Below are positions 29,950 to 40,500 of a stretch of DNA of 64,000 bases, piece by piece. The first letter of the stretch is position 1, and every line of letters begins with the position of its first letter. The translations under genes were made by a program, and so were the position numbers. Source of the DNA: Candidatus Poribacteria bacterium. Lineage in GTDB: Bacteria > Poribacteria > WGA-4E > WGA-3G. The notes under the pieces are model-generated. The model did not search any database. It worked only from the letters and a program-made list of their open reading frames with translations, and was not told where the DNA came from. Where the stretch lies: contig OZ251518.1 of the NCBI GenBank assembly GCA_965242965.1, positions 1,728,001 to 1,792,000 of the forward strand. Direction: 5' to 3'.

Positions 29950-30656
29950 TCTAACGTCTCCCCAACTTCCAACGCGACGATTTCCACACCCTGGTCCGCC
30001 GTTAACTCGCGCAGTTCTTCCGGGGTGCCTGTCAACAACGGGAACGTCCCGTAGTGAATCGGCACGACTGCGGGGACGTTGAGCAATCGCGTCGCGTAAG
30101 CCGCTTCCCGCGGCCCCATCGTGAAGTGGTCTCCGATGGGCAACAACGCAAGATTTGGTTGGTATAGTTCACCGATGATGCGCATGTCACCAAAGACGTT
30201 CGTATCCCCGGCGTGGTAAATTTTATACCCATTCGCGAATTCCAGCACGTAGCCAGCCGGCTCACCGAGATAAACTGTCGTGCCATCTTCCTCCGTGAAA
30301 CTACTGCTGTGATTCGCCGTGACCATGGTGGCTTTCACGCCGCCGACGGTAACGGTGCCGCCCTTATTTATACCGATAGTGTTTTCAACGCCTTTCCCGC
30401 TGAGCCATCCCGCAATTTCAACAATGGAGACAACCGTTGGCGAATGCGTTTTCGCCAATGCGACTGCGTCGCTAACGTGGTCCGCGTGGCCGTGCGTTAT
30501 CAGCATCAAATCGAGTTTGTCAAAGGTTTTGAGGGCATCGGGACATACCGGGTTGCTCATTACCCACGGATCGATGAGGAGGGTTTGTCCATGCGCTTCG
30601 ATTTTGAACGTAGAATGCCCGAGCCATGTGAGTTGAATGCCGTTGTTTAGTCTCAT
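29946..30656 (-). CDS. Metal-dependent hydrolase, MBL fold (UPF0173)
   Basis: WLGHS, THGHADH, YHAGDT, PIHYGTF. Confidence 0.9.
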   Translation of the reverse strand: MRLNNGIQLTWLGHSTFKIEAHGQTLLIDPWVMSNPVCPDALKTFDKLDLMLITHGHADHVSDAVALAKTHSPTVVSIVEIAGWLSGKGVENTIGINKGGTVTVGGVKATMVTANHSSSFTEEDGTTVYLGEPAGYVLEFANGYKIYHAGDTNVFGDMRIIGELYQPNLALLPIGDHFTMGPREAAYATRLLNVPAVVPIHYGTFPLLTGTPEELRELTADQGVEIVALEVGETLD

Positions 30657-31780
30657 ATTTTTAAGATTTCCTTTAATCTGCGAGCGATGATTTGCACTTC
30701 GCCCGGCATCAGCGTCTGTCCATTAATCAGCACGCCGTTGCTGCCTGCGCCGGCGATGTCAATCGCAGGTTCTCCCGCCGCAAGTTTGTGAAGAACTGCA
30801 TCCCGTGTGATGCCCAACCGATTTTCGTCAAAACGGATTTCCGTGCGCGGCATCGGCTGTCCCGCTTCGGAGGGAAAACTGCGCTGCACCTCAACTCCCG
30901 GAACATCCGCAAATTCTTGCGCGAAGTAGACAACCTGCTTCTCGTAAACTTGCTGGAACGCGTCGGCGTGTTTCAGATACCATTTTACGGCGGCGAGCAA
31001 GCCTACCATCTCCTCCTTACCTACCTTCATCCCTCTGCCGATGAACGGATGCGGGGGGCCGTTGAAGGCGATGGCATCGATAAGCTGTTGCGTCCCGACA
31101 ATTAACCCGCTACTCTGGGGTCCGCACAATCCTTTTCCGCCGCTGAACATCACCAGGTCTGCGCCCATCTCTGTGAACCGCCACAGATTTTCTTTCGGGG
31201 GCAGTTGCGCGGCGGCATCCACAATGACAGGGACACCGTGCCGTTTGGCAATTGCAATGCCTTCAGCGTAAGGCACCCAGAGATGCTCTCGACTCGGATT
31301 CGCGAAGTAGAAGAGCGCGGCGGTTTTGTCGGTAATCGCTGCTTCCAACTCATCGGGAGAGGTGCCGTTTTCGTCGCCGAGCTCCACGAACGTCACACCT
31401 ACCTGCCGCACGGCGAAATCGTATCCGACGCGCCCGTATCTATGAACGATGACTTCGCTTTTCATCGTTGCTAGGTTAGACTCGCCTGAACCCAACGGCA
31501 GTTGTTCGCGTTTGGCGGCATCAAGTCCAGTGATGCACGCCGCCGTGCTGAGCGTCAATGCCGCCGCGGCACCACATGAGACATACGCCGCTTCGTTATG
31601 CGTCAACCTCGCGAGTTCTTCGCCTACCCGTTTTTGGAGCGCGATGATGTCGACAAAGTGCTTCGATGCCTCTATCATCGCCGTGACAACCTCCACGGGC
31701 ATGATGGAACCGCCGAGGCGCGTCAGCGTCGCGTTGCCGTTGATGATGGTGCGAATGCCGAGTTCGTCGTAAACGTTCAT
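30653..31780 (-). CDS. SelA-like PLP-dependent enzyme (DgaE family)
   Basis: INGNATLTRLGGS, VDAAAQ, FSGGK, GRGMKVGKEE. Confidence 0.85.
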   Translation of the reverse strand: MNVYDELGIRTIINGNATLTRLGGSIMPVEVVTAMIEASKHFVDIIALQKRVGEELARLTHNEAAYVSCGAAAALTLSTAACITGLDAAKREQLPLGSGESNLATMKSEVIVHRYGRVGYDFAVRQVGVTFVELGDENGTSPDELEAAITDKTAALFYFANPSREHLWVPYAEGIAIAKRHGVPVIVDAAAQLPPKENLWRFTEMGADLVMFSGGKGLCGPQSSGLIVGTQQLIDAIAFNGPPHPFIGRGMKVGKEEMVGLLAAVKWYLKHADAFQQVYEKQVVYFAQEFADVPGVEVQRSFPSEAGQPMPRTEIRFDENRLGITRDAVLHKLAAGEPAIDIAGAGSNGVLINGQTLMPGEVQIIARRLKEILKI

Positions 31781-31789
31781 AAGTCTCTT

Positions 31790-32232
31790 GTGTGTTTCAT
31801 AAATCGCTCAACGTCGCGGTGCCAGGCTCCCCCGCGCTACGATGAAAAAACGCCGCCCCCTCACCGTAGGGCGAGGGCCCTCGCATGCCACACGCGCGTC
31901 CGAGCGGGTTCCCCTCGCGAGCGTCCGCGCGCGCCAGGCTCTGTAGGTCAGGATCGCCTGATCCTGACCTGTTTGTGATCGGGCGATCACAAACTACAGA
32001 GGAGGGAAACACACATCGTGACGATGGAGATCGCGGGGGACAGGCCCCCGCGCTACGATAAAAAACGCCGCCCCCTCACCGTAGGGCGAGGGCCCTCGCA
32101 TGCCACACGCGCATGCGAGAGGGTTTCCCTCGCCAGTGCTCGCGCACTCCAACGCTCGCGGGGGACAGGCCCCCGCGCTACGATAAAAAACGCTGCCCTC
32201 TCACCGTAGGGCGAGGGCCTGTCCTTCGCCAT
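31790..32232. repeat. REP cluster with left TIR-like end
   Basis: gtgtttcataaatc followed by REP hairpins. Confidence 0.85.
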
Positions 32233-32240
32233 CAACGGGT

Positions 32241-33050
32241 CTAACCGACCTCTTCGCCGTCCAATTTGCCAACGTGCAGGTCGATCTCGTCACGAGACTC
32301 TATTTTATCCACCTTGCCATCTGCCATGTGAAAAATCCGGTCGGAGACATCCAACATCTTGTGATCATGCGTTGCAGTGATGATCGTCACGCCGTTCTCA
32401 GCGTTGAGACGACGCAAGAGCGCGATAATCTCCAGCCCGGTTTTGGTATCCAAATTCCCCGTCGGTTCATCAGCGAGGACAATGGCCGGGTCATTTGCCA
32501 GCGAGCGCGCAATAGCGACGCGCTGCTGTTGTCCACCGGAGAGTTCTAACGGCTTGTGTTGAACCCGGTCTCCGAGGCCAACAAGGGAGAGGAGTTCCAC
32601 CCCGTGCTCTCGGCTATCGTCGGCACTCGTCCCGGCGAAAATCATCGGGAGAGAGACGTTCTCCAACGCCGTCATGACAGGAATCAGGTTGAAGGATTGA
32701 AAGATATAGCCGATTTTGCGGCAGCGAAGCCACGCGAGTTCATACGCATCCAACTGCGCGATGTCCACTTCGTCGATATAGACTCTGCCTTCGGTGGGTT
32801 TGTCTAAACCGCCAATCATGTTGAAAAGCGTTGACTTCCCGGAGCCGGAGGGGCCCATAATCGAGATGTATTCGCCGCGCTGGATCTGGAAATTTACCCC
32901 GCGCAGGGCATCGACGGTAGTCGTGCCCATCTCATAACGCTTGATCAGGTTCCGGACGCGCACGGTATTCTCCTTCGGCAGGATGCGCTGGAGGCGTTCC
33001 GGTGTTTCAGCGAGGTTCGGTTGCATATCGCCATTGCCTTGCATGTTCAT
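32241..33050 (-). CDS. ABC transporter ATP-binding protein (LolD/MacB-type)
   Basis: [31 protein letters not shown]. Confidence 0.95.
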   Translation of the reverse strand: MNMQGNGDMQPNLAETPERLQRILPKENTVRVRNLIKRYEMGTTTVDALRGVNFQIQRGEYISIMGPSGSGKSTLFNMIGGLDKPTEGRVYIDEVDIAQLDAYELAWLRCRKIGYIFQSFNLIPVMTALENVSLPMIFAGTSADDSREHGVELLSLVGLGDRVQHKPLELSGGQQQRVAIARSLANDPAIVLADEPTGNLDTKTGLEIIALLRRLNAENGVTIITATHDHKMLDVSDRIFHMADGKVDKIESRDEIDLHVGKLDGEEVG

Positions 33051-33096
33051 TTTTTTGTATTCCTAGCGGTTGTTCCGCTTCATCTAAGCAGAGAGA

Positions 33097-33564
33097 TTAC
33101 CGACGTTTGGGTAAAAATCCGAAACGTTTCTGGGGTTCCAATTCTTGCGTTACGGGCGCGTTCGCGTTGGTGTCCGTCGGGATTGCGAACCCGATGAAAT
33201 TCCGCTTGCCGAGTTGCTGCATGAACGTAAAAAGCGAGGTCTCGGCTTCCTTCCGGGTCAGCTGGTGTTGCTTTTGGATACCCTTGATGATCTGCGCGAT
33301 CGTATGCTTGCCATCGCACATCTGCCAGACAAAGGTGCCCATCGCATCCAGCACGATGACGCGTTTATTCGGGAGCATGAAAAGTTTGCTTGCGAGCCGC
33401 ACCCACAACTTGTCCTTTTGTGGCACGACAAGGGATGCTTCACCTTTGTCGTCCACCTCCCACGTGATGAGTTGATTCCGAACGGGGAACGCCTTCATGA
33501 TGCGCCCCCGCGCCATGTCAGGCCGTTTCTTCAGTTTGAGAGCATATAGCAGTCTATTTAGCAT
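33097..33564 (-). CDS. PqqD-family / RiPP-recognition-element protein
   Basis: LDAMGTFVWQMCDGKHTIAQII...F...L.KR winged-helix pattern. Confidence 0.78.
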   Translation of the reverse strand: MLNRLLYALKLKKRPDMARGRIMKAFPVRNQLITWEVDDKGEASLVVPQKDKLWVRLASKLFMLPNKRVIVLDAMGTFVWQMCDGKHTIAQIIKGIQKQHQLTRKEAETSLFTFMQQLGKRNFIGFAIPTDTNANAPVTQELEPQKRFGFLPKRR

Positions 33565-33603
33565 TTTTTCGTTCCTTAGGTGCGCACTTTGTGGCAAACG
33601 ATG

Positions 33604-34599
33604 TTAATGGCATTGAATACTCGCTGCCACCTGCTTCACCGTGCCCTCGGCATCCACGCCGCCCACAGATTGGATGACGTAGATGCGGTTAGAATGATGG
33701 CACCGCCACAAGTGAAACACCAGCGTTGCGCGTTTTGACACCTTGTCAAGTGCCAGCACCGGCGAGAACGGCACGCTGTCGTAGAGCCGCGTCTGTTGCC
33801 CGATGAGCGTGAGTTGTTCATCATCGGCATCGGGGTGAGAGGTTACCTCAAATCCGTAGCCGCGAATCGCTTTGGCATATTTCGCGCGAAACCACGCCTC
33901 TAACGGGTTCGGTTCTGCCTTAAAATCGCCGAGCATTACCTCAGCCGGTCCGTAGCGTTCAACGCTGAGCCGCTGTTGCTCGGCAAGGATAGGCACACCT
34001 TTCGCCGCCGGGATGACATGCCGCAGCCTTGAACGTTTCACAACAAAGGCGAACAACAAATAGCCGCTCAGCAGTTTCTGCCGTTCCAATTTGTATTCGC
34101 TTGGGACAGCGAGCGCGAGGCCGTAAGCACTCCACAACGTATTCGGCGCATTGTGCTGCGTGGAAATAGAACGGAAGATGCGCAGCACAGTCGGCCGCCA
34201 ATTCTCTTTCAACCGTCCCATGACTTGGACGATGGTAATCCGTTTGCCGGCGTGTAAAATGAGTCCATTGGCGCGGATGCTCCCCTTCCAACTGAACCCG
34301 ATGACGGTGCGCCCTTTAAAGAATTCGGGTTCCTTGATAAGGGTGACATTCCGGCGGAAGGAGAGTTCCTTACCCTTTTTGTAACTCTTGCGGATGAGCT
34401 TGAAGTATTCGTCAAGCGTTGCGTGCAAGTCAGGTTTTTTCTTCCGCGTGTGCGCCCATTTGAGCTCAAGGCGTGGCATTTCCGCATCGTCAAGGCGGAG
34501 ATATCCGGTCTTCTCATCGCCACTGAGCCCGCTCAGTTCCCACTCTTTTGGAATTTCTAGTTGCGTGCCTGCCCATCCGAAAACAGTCCAGTCGTCCAT
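33604..34599 (-). CDS. Hypothetical protein with two related halves (possible PsbP/Mog1-like fold)
   Basis: WTVFGWAGTQLEIPKEWEL..GYLRL resembles WSAYGLALAVPSEYKL..GYLLF. Confidence 0.6.
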   Translation of the reverse strand: MDDWTVFGWAGTQLEIPKEWELSGLSGDEKTGYLRLDDAEMPRLELKWAHTRKKKPDLHATLDEYFKLIRKSYKKGKELSFRRNVTLIKEPEFFKGRTVIGFSWKGSIRANGLILHAGKRITIVQVMGRLKENWRPTVLRIFRSISTQHNAPNTLWSAYGLALAVPSEYKLERQKLLSGYLLFAFVVKRSRLRHVIPAAKGVPILAEQQRLSVERYGPAEVMLGDFKAEPNPLEAWFRAKYAKAIRGYGFEVTSHPDADDEQLTLIGQQTRLYDSVPFSPVLALDKVSKRATLVFHLWRCHHSNRIYVIQSVGGVDAEGTVKQVAASIQCH

Positions 34600-34663
34600 T
34601 TTTCTGTTGTTCCTAGCGGTTGTTTTCGCTTGCCTCGTCTCTTCTTGCAGGCATTAGCTAGAT

Positions 34664-34983
34664 TTATCTGAGGATGTTTCATAAATCCGTTTCAATAGTT
34701 ATCCCCCCTTGGGGCAGGGCGACTACCGAAAGGCATCGGGCCCACCTCTGTAGTTCGGGATCGCCTGATCCCGAACGGGTCAGGATCAGGCGATCCTGAA
34801 CTACAGGGGGGATGCAGTCCGACAGCCAAACGCATGGCGAGGGCCTGTCCCTCGCCCTACGTGAAGGGGCGGCGTTTTTTTCACCGCAGCGCGGGGGCCT
34901 GTCACCGCGACGTTGAGCGATTTATGAAACACCCTCATTTATCCAGATTTATTCCGTAGGCGCGGTTTCAAACCGCGCCTACG
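34664..34983. mobile_element. MITE-like REP cassette plus GTAGGCGCGGTTTCAAACCGCGCCTAC palindrome
   Basis: ttatctgaggatgtttcata ... tatgaaacaccctcatttat. Confidence 0.68.
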
Positions 34984-35002
34984 GAATTTCTATATCCGCC
35001 TG

Positions 35003-36991
35003 CTAAAACGGTTTGACAATCACGGCTTTGGAGACGAGCGCGATTGCCACCGTGCCCATGCCGATTAAGCCGACACCGCAGGCGAATCCCGCCGCCAGCA
35101 CCGGGTTGAACATATACCACCGACGCATACCGAACCGTTTGATCATGTAGAACCGGCCGATAACCGCACCGAGCAGACGCGCTACCATGCTACCCGGGTC
35201 AGCCAGGGCACCACCTGCGATGCCGTAAAACCACATCGAGGGGAGTTTGAACACCCAGAGCAACCCATAAAGCGCGAGCATTGAGGTAAAGCCGGCGGAG
35301 ACATAATCGCCGCGAATTGCCTGAAGCATTTCGCTATTCCCATCCCTAAGCGACGTTTTCCACAGACATTCGTTCGTGGCGTTGATGGGCCACATCATCT
35401 GGGCAAACGGATATTGCGCGCTCGGAATTGGCGCGATCTTCCAGATAAAATGCATCACGACAATGCCGCTAACGAGCAAAATCGGCATAATCAGCAACGT
35501 GCCGGCGAGGTTTGACGTGAATGTCGTGCCGGTAAGTTCCAGCACACGCCAGCCTTGCGTGCCTCTACCGTAGTCTTCGTCGGGAAGCGGCGCGAACCAA
35601 ATGTCCACCTCTTCATATCGGCTCAAAATAAAGGTAATCTCATGCAGATACGGGATTTCAAAAAGGTCGCGGCCCAGCACACCGAACGTTCGTGCCGTGA
35701 TATACGAATTAATCGGTGTATACAGGAACGCATACCCGAGCAGGAAACTGAGTGGGAAGTTCGGCACCATCCAGTGGATAAGCCAGACGAAGCCTCCCAT
35801 GCCGATGAGCCACATCGCGCCCATGAGCCAGATCGGGAAATCACCGCGATTCGGCGGCGTTGCGAATGAACCGCGTTCGCCAGCCTTTTTGCGCGCTTTC
35901 TGCATCTTAAACAGCATCGGAATAGAGGCCGCCATCCCCACAACTGCGAAGCTGAACGATTTGCCCATCCCGAAACTCATCTCAAAGTCAAGGCTGTTGA
36001 ACAAATTAGTTGCCCGCACGTCAAGTCCCGGATTCCATTGATACAAGATTTCAGCCGGGTAAAGAATCTGCGGTTTTAAGATAAATTGCGATACCATCGC
36101 CGCGATGAACTCCGACATCATAATCGGGAACGGCATGACGAACCCGATCAGCATCTGTCCGAAGTCCGTGCGGAGCGCGAACACGCCGGTCGGCGCGAAC
36201 CCTTCGATACTCTGCGTGAAATCTATCCACGGAATCTTCAGAATCTCAATCGGCTGGCTCATCATCACGCCGGAAAGAGCCGGAACGCCGATATAGAGGA
36301 AACCCCATATCAGGCCCGCCATGGAGCCGATGGAAAAGACGCGCCACCGCCAGGTCTCCTCCTTACCGGTAGTTTCCGCGAGTGCCGTCGCGCCTTGCGC
36401 GCTAATCGGTGCCATCGGATACGGAAGCCGTTCCAGGTCTGCCGTGAGCCGGAACAAGATATACTGGCCACTCACAAACCGCAGCGTGCCGAGTAGTTTG
36501 CCAGCGAGGTAGATTGCAATCGGCAGGAACCAGTCAGGGTGCAAGAGGGTCCGCGTCAGCACCGCGGCAGAATCGCCGGCTGGCACAATCCATGCCGGAA
36601 TCTTATCGGCGATTTCATAAGAAGCCGCCTGCGGCGTATTCACGAAGTAGGCATACCAGATGAAGTTGCGGTATTGCATCCCGCTTCCGACAGCAGCACC
36701 CGTGAGGCCGAGGAGCATATAGAGCTCCTGCCGCCGGGCTGTCGTAAAGGAACGCCGCGCGAGTTCAGTAAACAGAATCACTGCTACCCACGGTGCCGCT
36801 TCCGCGCCGGATTGGCCGGATACATAACTGAGATAGATGGAGCCGGGCATCATCAGCAGCCCTACAAAGAGCGCGCCGATGAAGACTTTGACGGTGAGAC
36901 CGGACTCAAAGGTGCGGATGCCGCCTTCGATGTCGTATCGTTTCGCCCAAGCTTGCCATTCATCTGCTTGTGATACTCTTTCTCTCGCCAA
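35003..36991 (-). CDS. Polytopic membrane protein, OPT/YSL-like putative peptide transporter
   Basis: About 15-16 TM helices; QELY, D.ERLPYPMAP, PIPSAQYP motifs; TTG start. Confidence 0.7.
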   Translation of the reverse strand: MARERVSQADEWQAWAKRYDIEGGIRTFESGLTVKVFIGALFVGLLMMPGSIYLSYVSGQSGAEAAPWVAVILFTELARRSFTTARRQELYMLLGLTGAAVGSGMQYRNFIWYAYFVNTPQAASYEIADKIPAWIVPAGDSAAVLTRTLLHPDWFLPIAIYLAGKLLGTLRFVSGQYILFRLTADLERLPYPMAPISAQGATALAETTGKEETWRWRVFSIGSMAGLIWGFLYIGVPALSGVMMSQPIEILKIPWIDFTQSIEGFAPTGVFALRTDFGQMLIGFVMPFPIMMSEFIAAMVSQFILKPQILYPAEILYQWNPGLDVRATNLFNSLDFEMSFGMGKSFSFAVVGMAASIPMLFKMQKARKKAGERGSFATPPNRGDFPIWLMGAMWLIGMGGFVWLIHWMVPNFPLSFLLGYAFLYTPINSYITARTFGVLGRDLFEIPYLHEITFILSRYEEVDIWFAPLPDEDYGRGTQGWRVLELTGTTFTSNLAGTLLIMPILLVSGIVVMHFIWKIAPIPSAQYPFAQMMWPINATNECLWKTSLRDGNSEMLQAIRGDYVSAGFTSMLALYGLLWVFKLPSMWFYGIAGGALADPGSMVARLLGAVIGRFYMIKRFGMRRWYMFNPVLAAGFACGVGLIGMGTVAIALVSKAVIVKPF

Positions 36992-37069
36992 ATTATGTTT
37001 CTCCTATTTTTTATGTCGCAAGGCGTTGGAACAAATTATCAGACGCTTTGCGAACCGGGGGACCGCGCC

Positions 37070-37276
37070 TTACTCCCCCGACGTACCCCCGTCTCCGGAA
37101 TCGTGTTCTTCGTCTCCAGAATCTTGAAACTCTTCCCAAAAATGGGCACAGAAGATGCCGACTGTCAGCACGAGCGCGGACAACATCTGCCATTGCCAAC
37201 GGCCCTCAAGCGCGAAAATGCTGAACAGCCATAAAGCTGTGCCGAGAATAATGATAAGACTCGCTATTTTTTCCAT
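37070..37276 (-). CDS. Small two-TM membrane protein with acidic tail
   Basis: GAGGA SD upstream; two hydrophobic stretches; lies inside the operon. Confidence 0.6.
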   Translation of the reverse strand: MEKIASLIIILGTALWLFSIFALEGRWQWQMLSALVLTVGIFCAHFWEEFQDSGDEEHDSGDGGTSGE

Positions 37277-37324
37277 GCTAATTCCTCTTTTTCAGTGCGC
37301 GCCGCCCCATCGGCGAAAGCACCC

Positions 37325-37458
37325 CGTAGGCGAGACCTCCTGGTCTCGATGCATCGGTTTCGGGACTCGCCATGCGTTTGGCTGGCAGACCGCATCACCC
37401 CTGTAGATCAGGATCGCCTGATCCTGATCTGTTCGAGATCGGGCGATCTCGAACTACA
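37325..37458. repeat. REP cluster
   Basis: GTAGGCGAGACC..GGTCTCG and GATCAGGATCGCCTGATCCTGATC hairpins. Confidence 0.8.
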
Positions 37459-37583
37459 AAGGTGGGTCCGATACTCATCGCATTGCCGCGTGAGAATCCT
37501 ATCGCTGCACTCCCGAACTACAAAGGTGGGCCCAATGCCTCTTCCGCCGAGCCTGAGCGATAGGATAAACGACATGCGGCCGA

Positions 37584-40500
37584 CTAACCCGCTGACGTTA
37601 CCGCCGGTTCTAACCGCGGTGCCTCGCCTGCTTCCTCTTCGTCCGGGACAGCATTTTCGGTTCTGCCGCGTTCGTGGAACTCGGCACGGATATCAACGCT
37701 GAATGTCCGCCAGATAAGGAGCTGCTTCCGCAGCAGATTGAGGAACCGTCGGTTCACACGCTTCCACGACGCAATCTCGCCACTTTCGCGATGCACCTCT
37801 AACGTGATTTTGTAGAGGTCCTCCTCCTCGCCGCCGACTGGCGAAGTGACAAACTTGATGGACTGGCTCACGCCTAAGTCGTAAGGTGCCAGCCATACCA
37901 TCATGCCGATCTGGTAAGACTCCTCGTCTGCTTCGCTGAATGCCACCTGGTCTGTGTAGAAATCGCTCGCCGATTCGTCTGCGTGCGCCTCAAAATAGTC
38001 GCGCATGAAGACGTTCAAGCCGAGTGCTTCCTCCTCCAGCACGGTGAACGGCAGGTTGAAATGCCACACGTCGCCTTCCGGTTCTGGCAGTTTCCACTTC
38101 CGTTCGATATCCGGCACCGCCATCCGTGATGCCTTCAGCGCGGGATACAGCGTGCTGAGCAACACGACTACCATGACGACAATCGTGGCGACGACGGTGG
38201 ACATTGACGAGTAGTTCAACGTCAACCCCGCGAGCCAACCGAAGTTCACCAAGGTCGTCGCAATAGCCTGTCCCATCAGATACCCTAGCACTGCGCCGAC
38301 GATGGCGTAGACGCACGCCTCCGCAAGGAACAGGAACGCGATATGCACCGGCGCAAGCCCGACAGAACTGTAAATGCTTATCTCGCGCACGCGCTCGTAA
38401 ACGGCACCGAGCATCGTGTTTAACACAATCAGCGCGGCGATGAGAATCGGCACAAACAGATTGCCCATCCCACTGAAACTCGTCATCCCGATACTGCTGT
38501 AGAGATAGGTATCCTTGTCGCGCCCGACAAAGAAGTCCAACGCGATCCGGTTCATCAGCGGTGCCATAATCAGGTCCAACTTGTCAATCGCACCGAGTAA
38601 CTGCGGATCATCGGCTCGCGGCTCCATATTCACAGCCACGCTTCGGAGAGTGCCGCCTTGATTCATGACTACCTCGTAAGGCAGAATAGCGACGCTGTCC
38701 GGGGTGAGATGCAGATATTTCTGCAGTTCGCCTTCCAGTGTTTCGTCACCGGTTGCCCCGCGGCTCCGTTGCTGTTGCATGAGTTGGTAATCAACCGGGG
38801 TGAGTTCCTCACCATCGTTATCGGTGAGGTCCTTGAAGCCGATGCCTAGCACCCCGACGACGGTGAAGTCTGCACCGTAAACCGAGACGGTGGCTTTGCC
38901 CATATCACTTTCAGTGATTTTGAGCAGTTCCGCCATCCCTTTCGGCAGCACGATGGCATAGGGCCATTCTGTCGGCCAGGCATCCGAATCGCCCGGCTCA
39001 AACCACTTGCCGTATTGGAGGTATCTGTCAATGCCGCTGACACCGGGTTCCTGTTCATTCATACCGACGAGCATGTTCGCGGCGAAGGTTAACGCCTCAC
39101 CGGTGAGGGGATGCGTCGGCGGCACCGGGTCTGACGGATTTTGGGTGCGTGTCAATTGGACAAAGGACTGATCGCCTGTCCCAGACGACTGATACCACGC
39201 CCGCGGTGCGACAACGTTCTGCACGGTGAGAACGGGTTCTTCGTCAACCTTCTCAACAAAGCCGTCCTGCTCCAATGAAGCGAGGGCTGCCGCTGTATCA
39301 ATCGGCTGCTGCCCCTGTTTCGCCAACAGTTCGCTTTTGCGTTGAAGCAACCGTTCCAGCGCGTCCAACGTAATCTGCGTTTTCTGCATATCGTTTAGCA
39401 CAGAAGTAAGCACAGGTTCTTCCAAGGGCCGCCAGTACTGGTCCCGGATGAGGAGCCCCGTGTAGCGCGGCGTGACTTGCGGAAGGCTGGTGCGGTTCGG
39501 ATGCATGAACGTCCGCACCGATGTAAACGAGATGACGGTGAACGTCAGAATGACAAGCGTGCAACAGGTGAGGATAGTGCGTCCTTTCCGTTTCCGCATG
39601 TTGGAAATGCCGAGGCTAAACGCCGCCGCGCTAGCACTCAGCCTGCCGACATCTGCCTTGTAGACATTGCTGCCCTCTTGTCGGATTTTCTCCAATTGCT
39701 CCTCGAACTTCCGCACGATAATGCTGATGACGATTACCGTGAGCGCGAGCACAACGAACGCAATCAGGATAATCACGGGTGTCGTCGTGATTTGGAACGC
39801 GGGATGCACCTGACTTAAGAAGAAGAAGACAAGCAGGAAGATACCGAACGCACCGAGGATCTGCTTGTGGATGTTCGGAAAACCGAAGATGAGCCGTTCC
39901 ATGAAGTAGGCGAACGGCATCAGCAGCGCGAGGTAGAACATCACACCGTTGACGACATCATTTCCTGTCTGCTTGACATCCGGATAGGCGCGCGATTCAT
40001 ACCCCCACGCCGCACGCGCCAATTTCAAAGCCTGCTGATAATCGTTTTGCAGGAGTTCGGTTTCGGCTCTATCCAGATATTCGTTGGCAAATTGGTGCAG
40101 TTTATCCAGTCTGTCGCTGGAGATACCGAACCGTTTATAGAGACGGGAACGGTTTTCATCAAGCCACCACATATCACGGACAACGACGTAAGGCGTGAGG
40201 CGGATTTGCCCGTTCTCCCGAACGACGAACCCCTCACCCGTGTAAAGCGTCGGGTTTTTCATGCCGCTCTTTGTCGCTTTGATGAGGAGCAATCGCTTCC
40301 CGATTTGCCCGTATGCCATTCCCACTTTGATGCGGGTTTCCGGTTCGCTGTAAACGAGCGCGATAGGTTCAGCGGCGGAAACGCCTTCCTGTTGCCACGG
40401 TTTAGACATCCCGAACTTTTCAGGCGGACTATCCGTGAGCGCATCGTAAACCTCCAATTCGCGCAAAGTTCGCAGATACCGCTGATCTACCAGATCATAG

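Noticed and set aside
30653-31780. selA (selenocysteine synthase)
   Set aside because: Short DgaE/SelA-like type lacking the SelA N-terminal domain; no selB or tRNA-Sec nearby
37070-37276. RiPP precursor for the PqqD protein
   Set aside because: Looks like a two-TM membrane protein and no modifying enzymes are adjacent; not fully excluded
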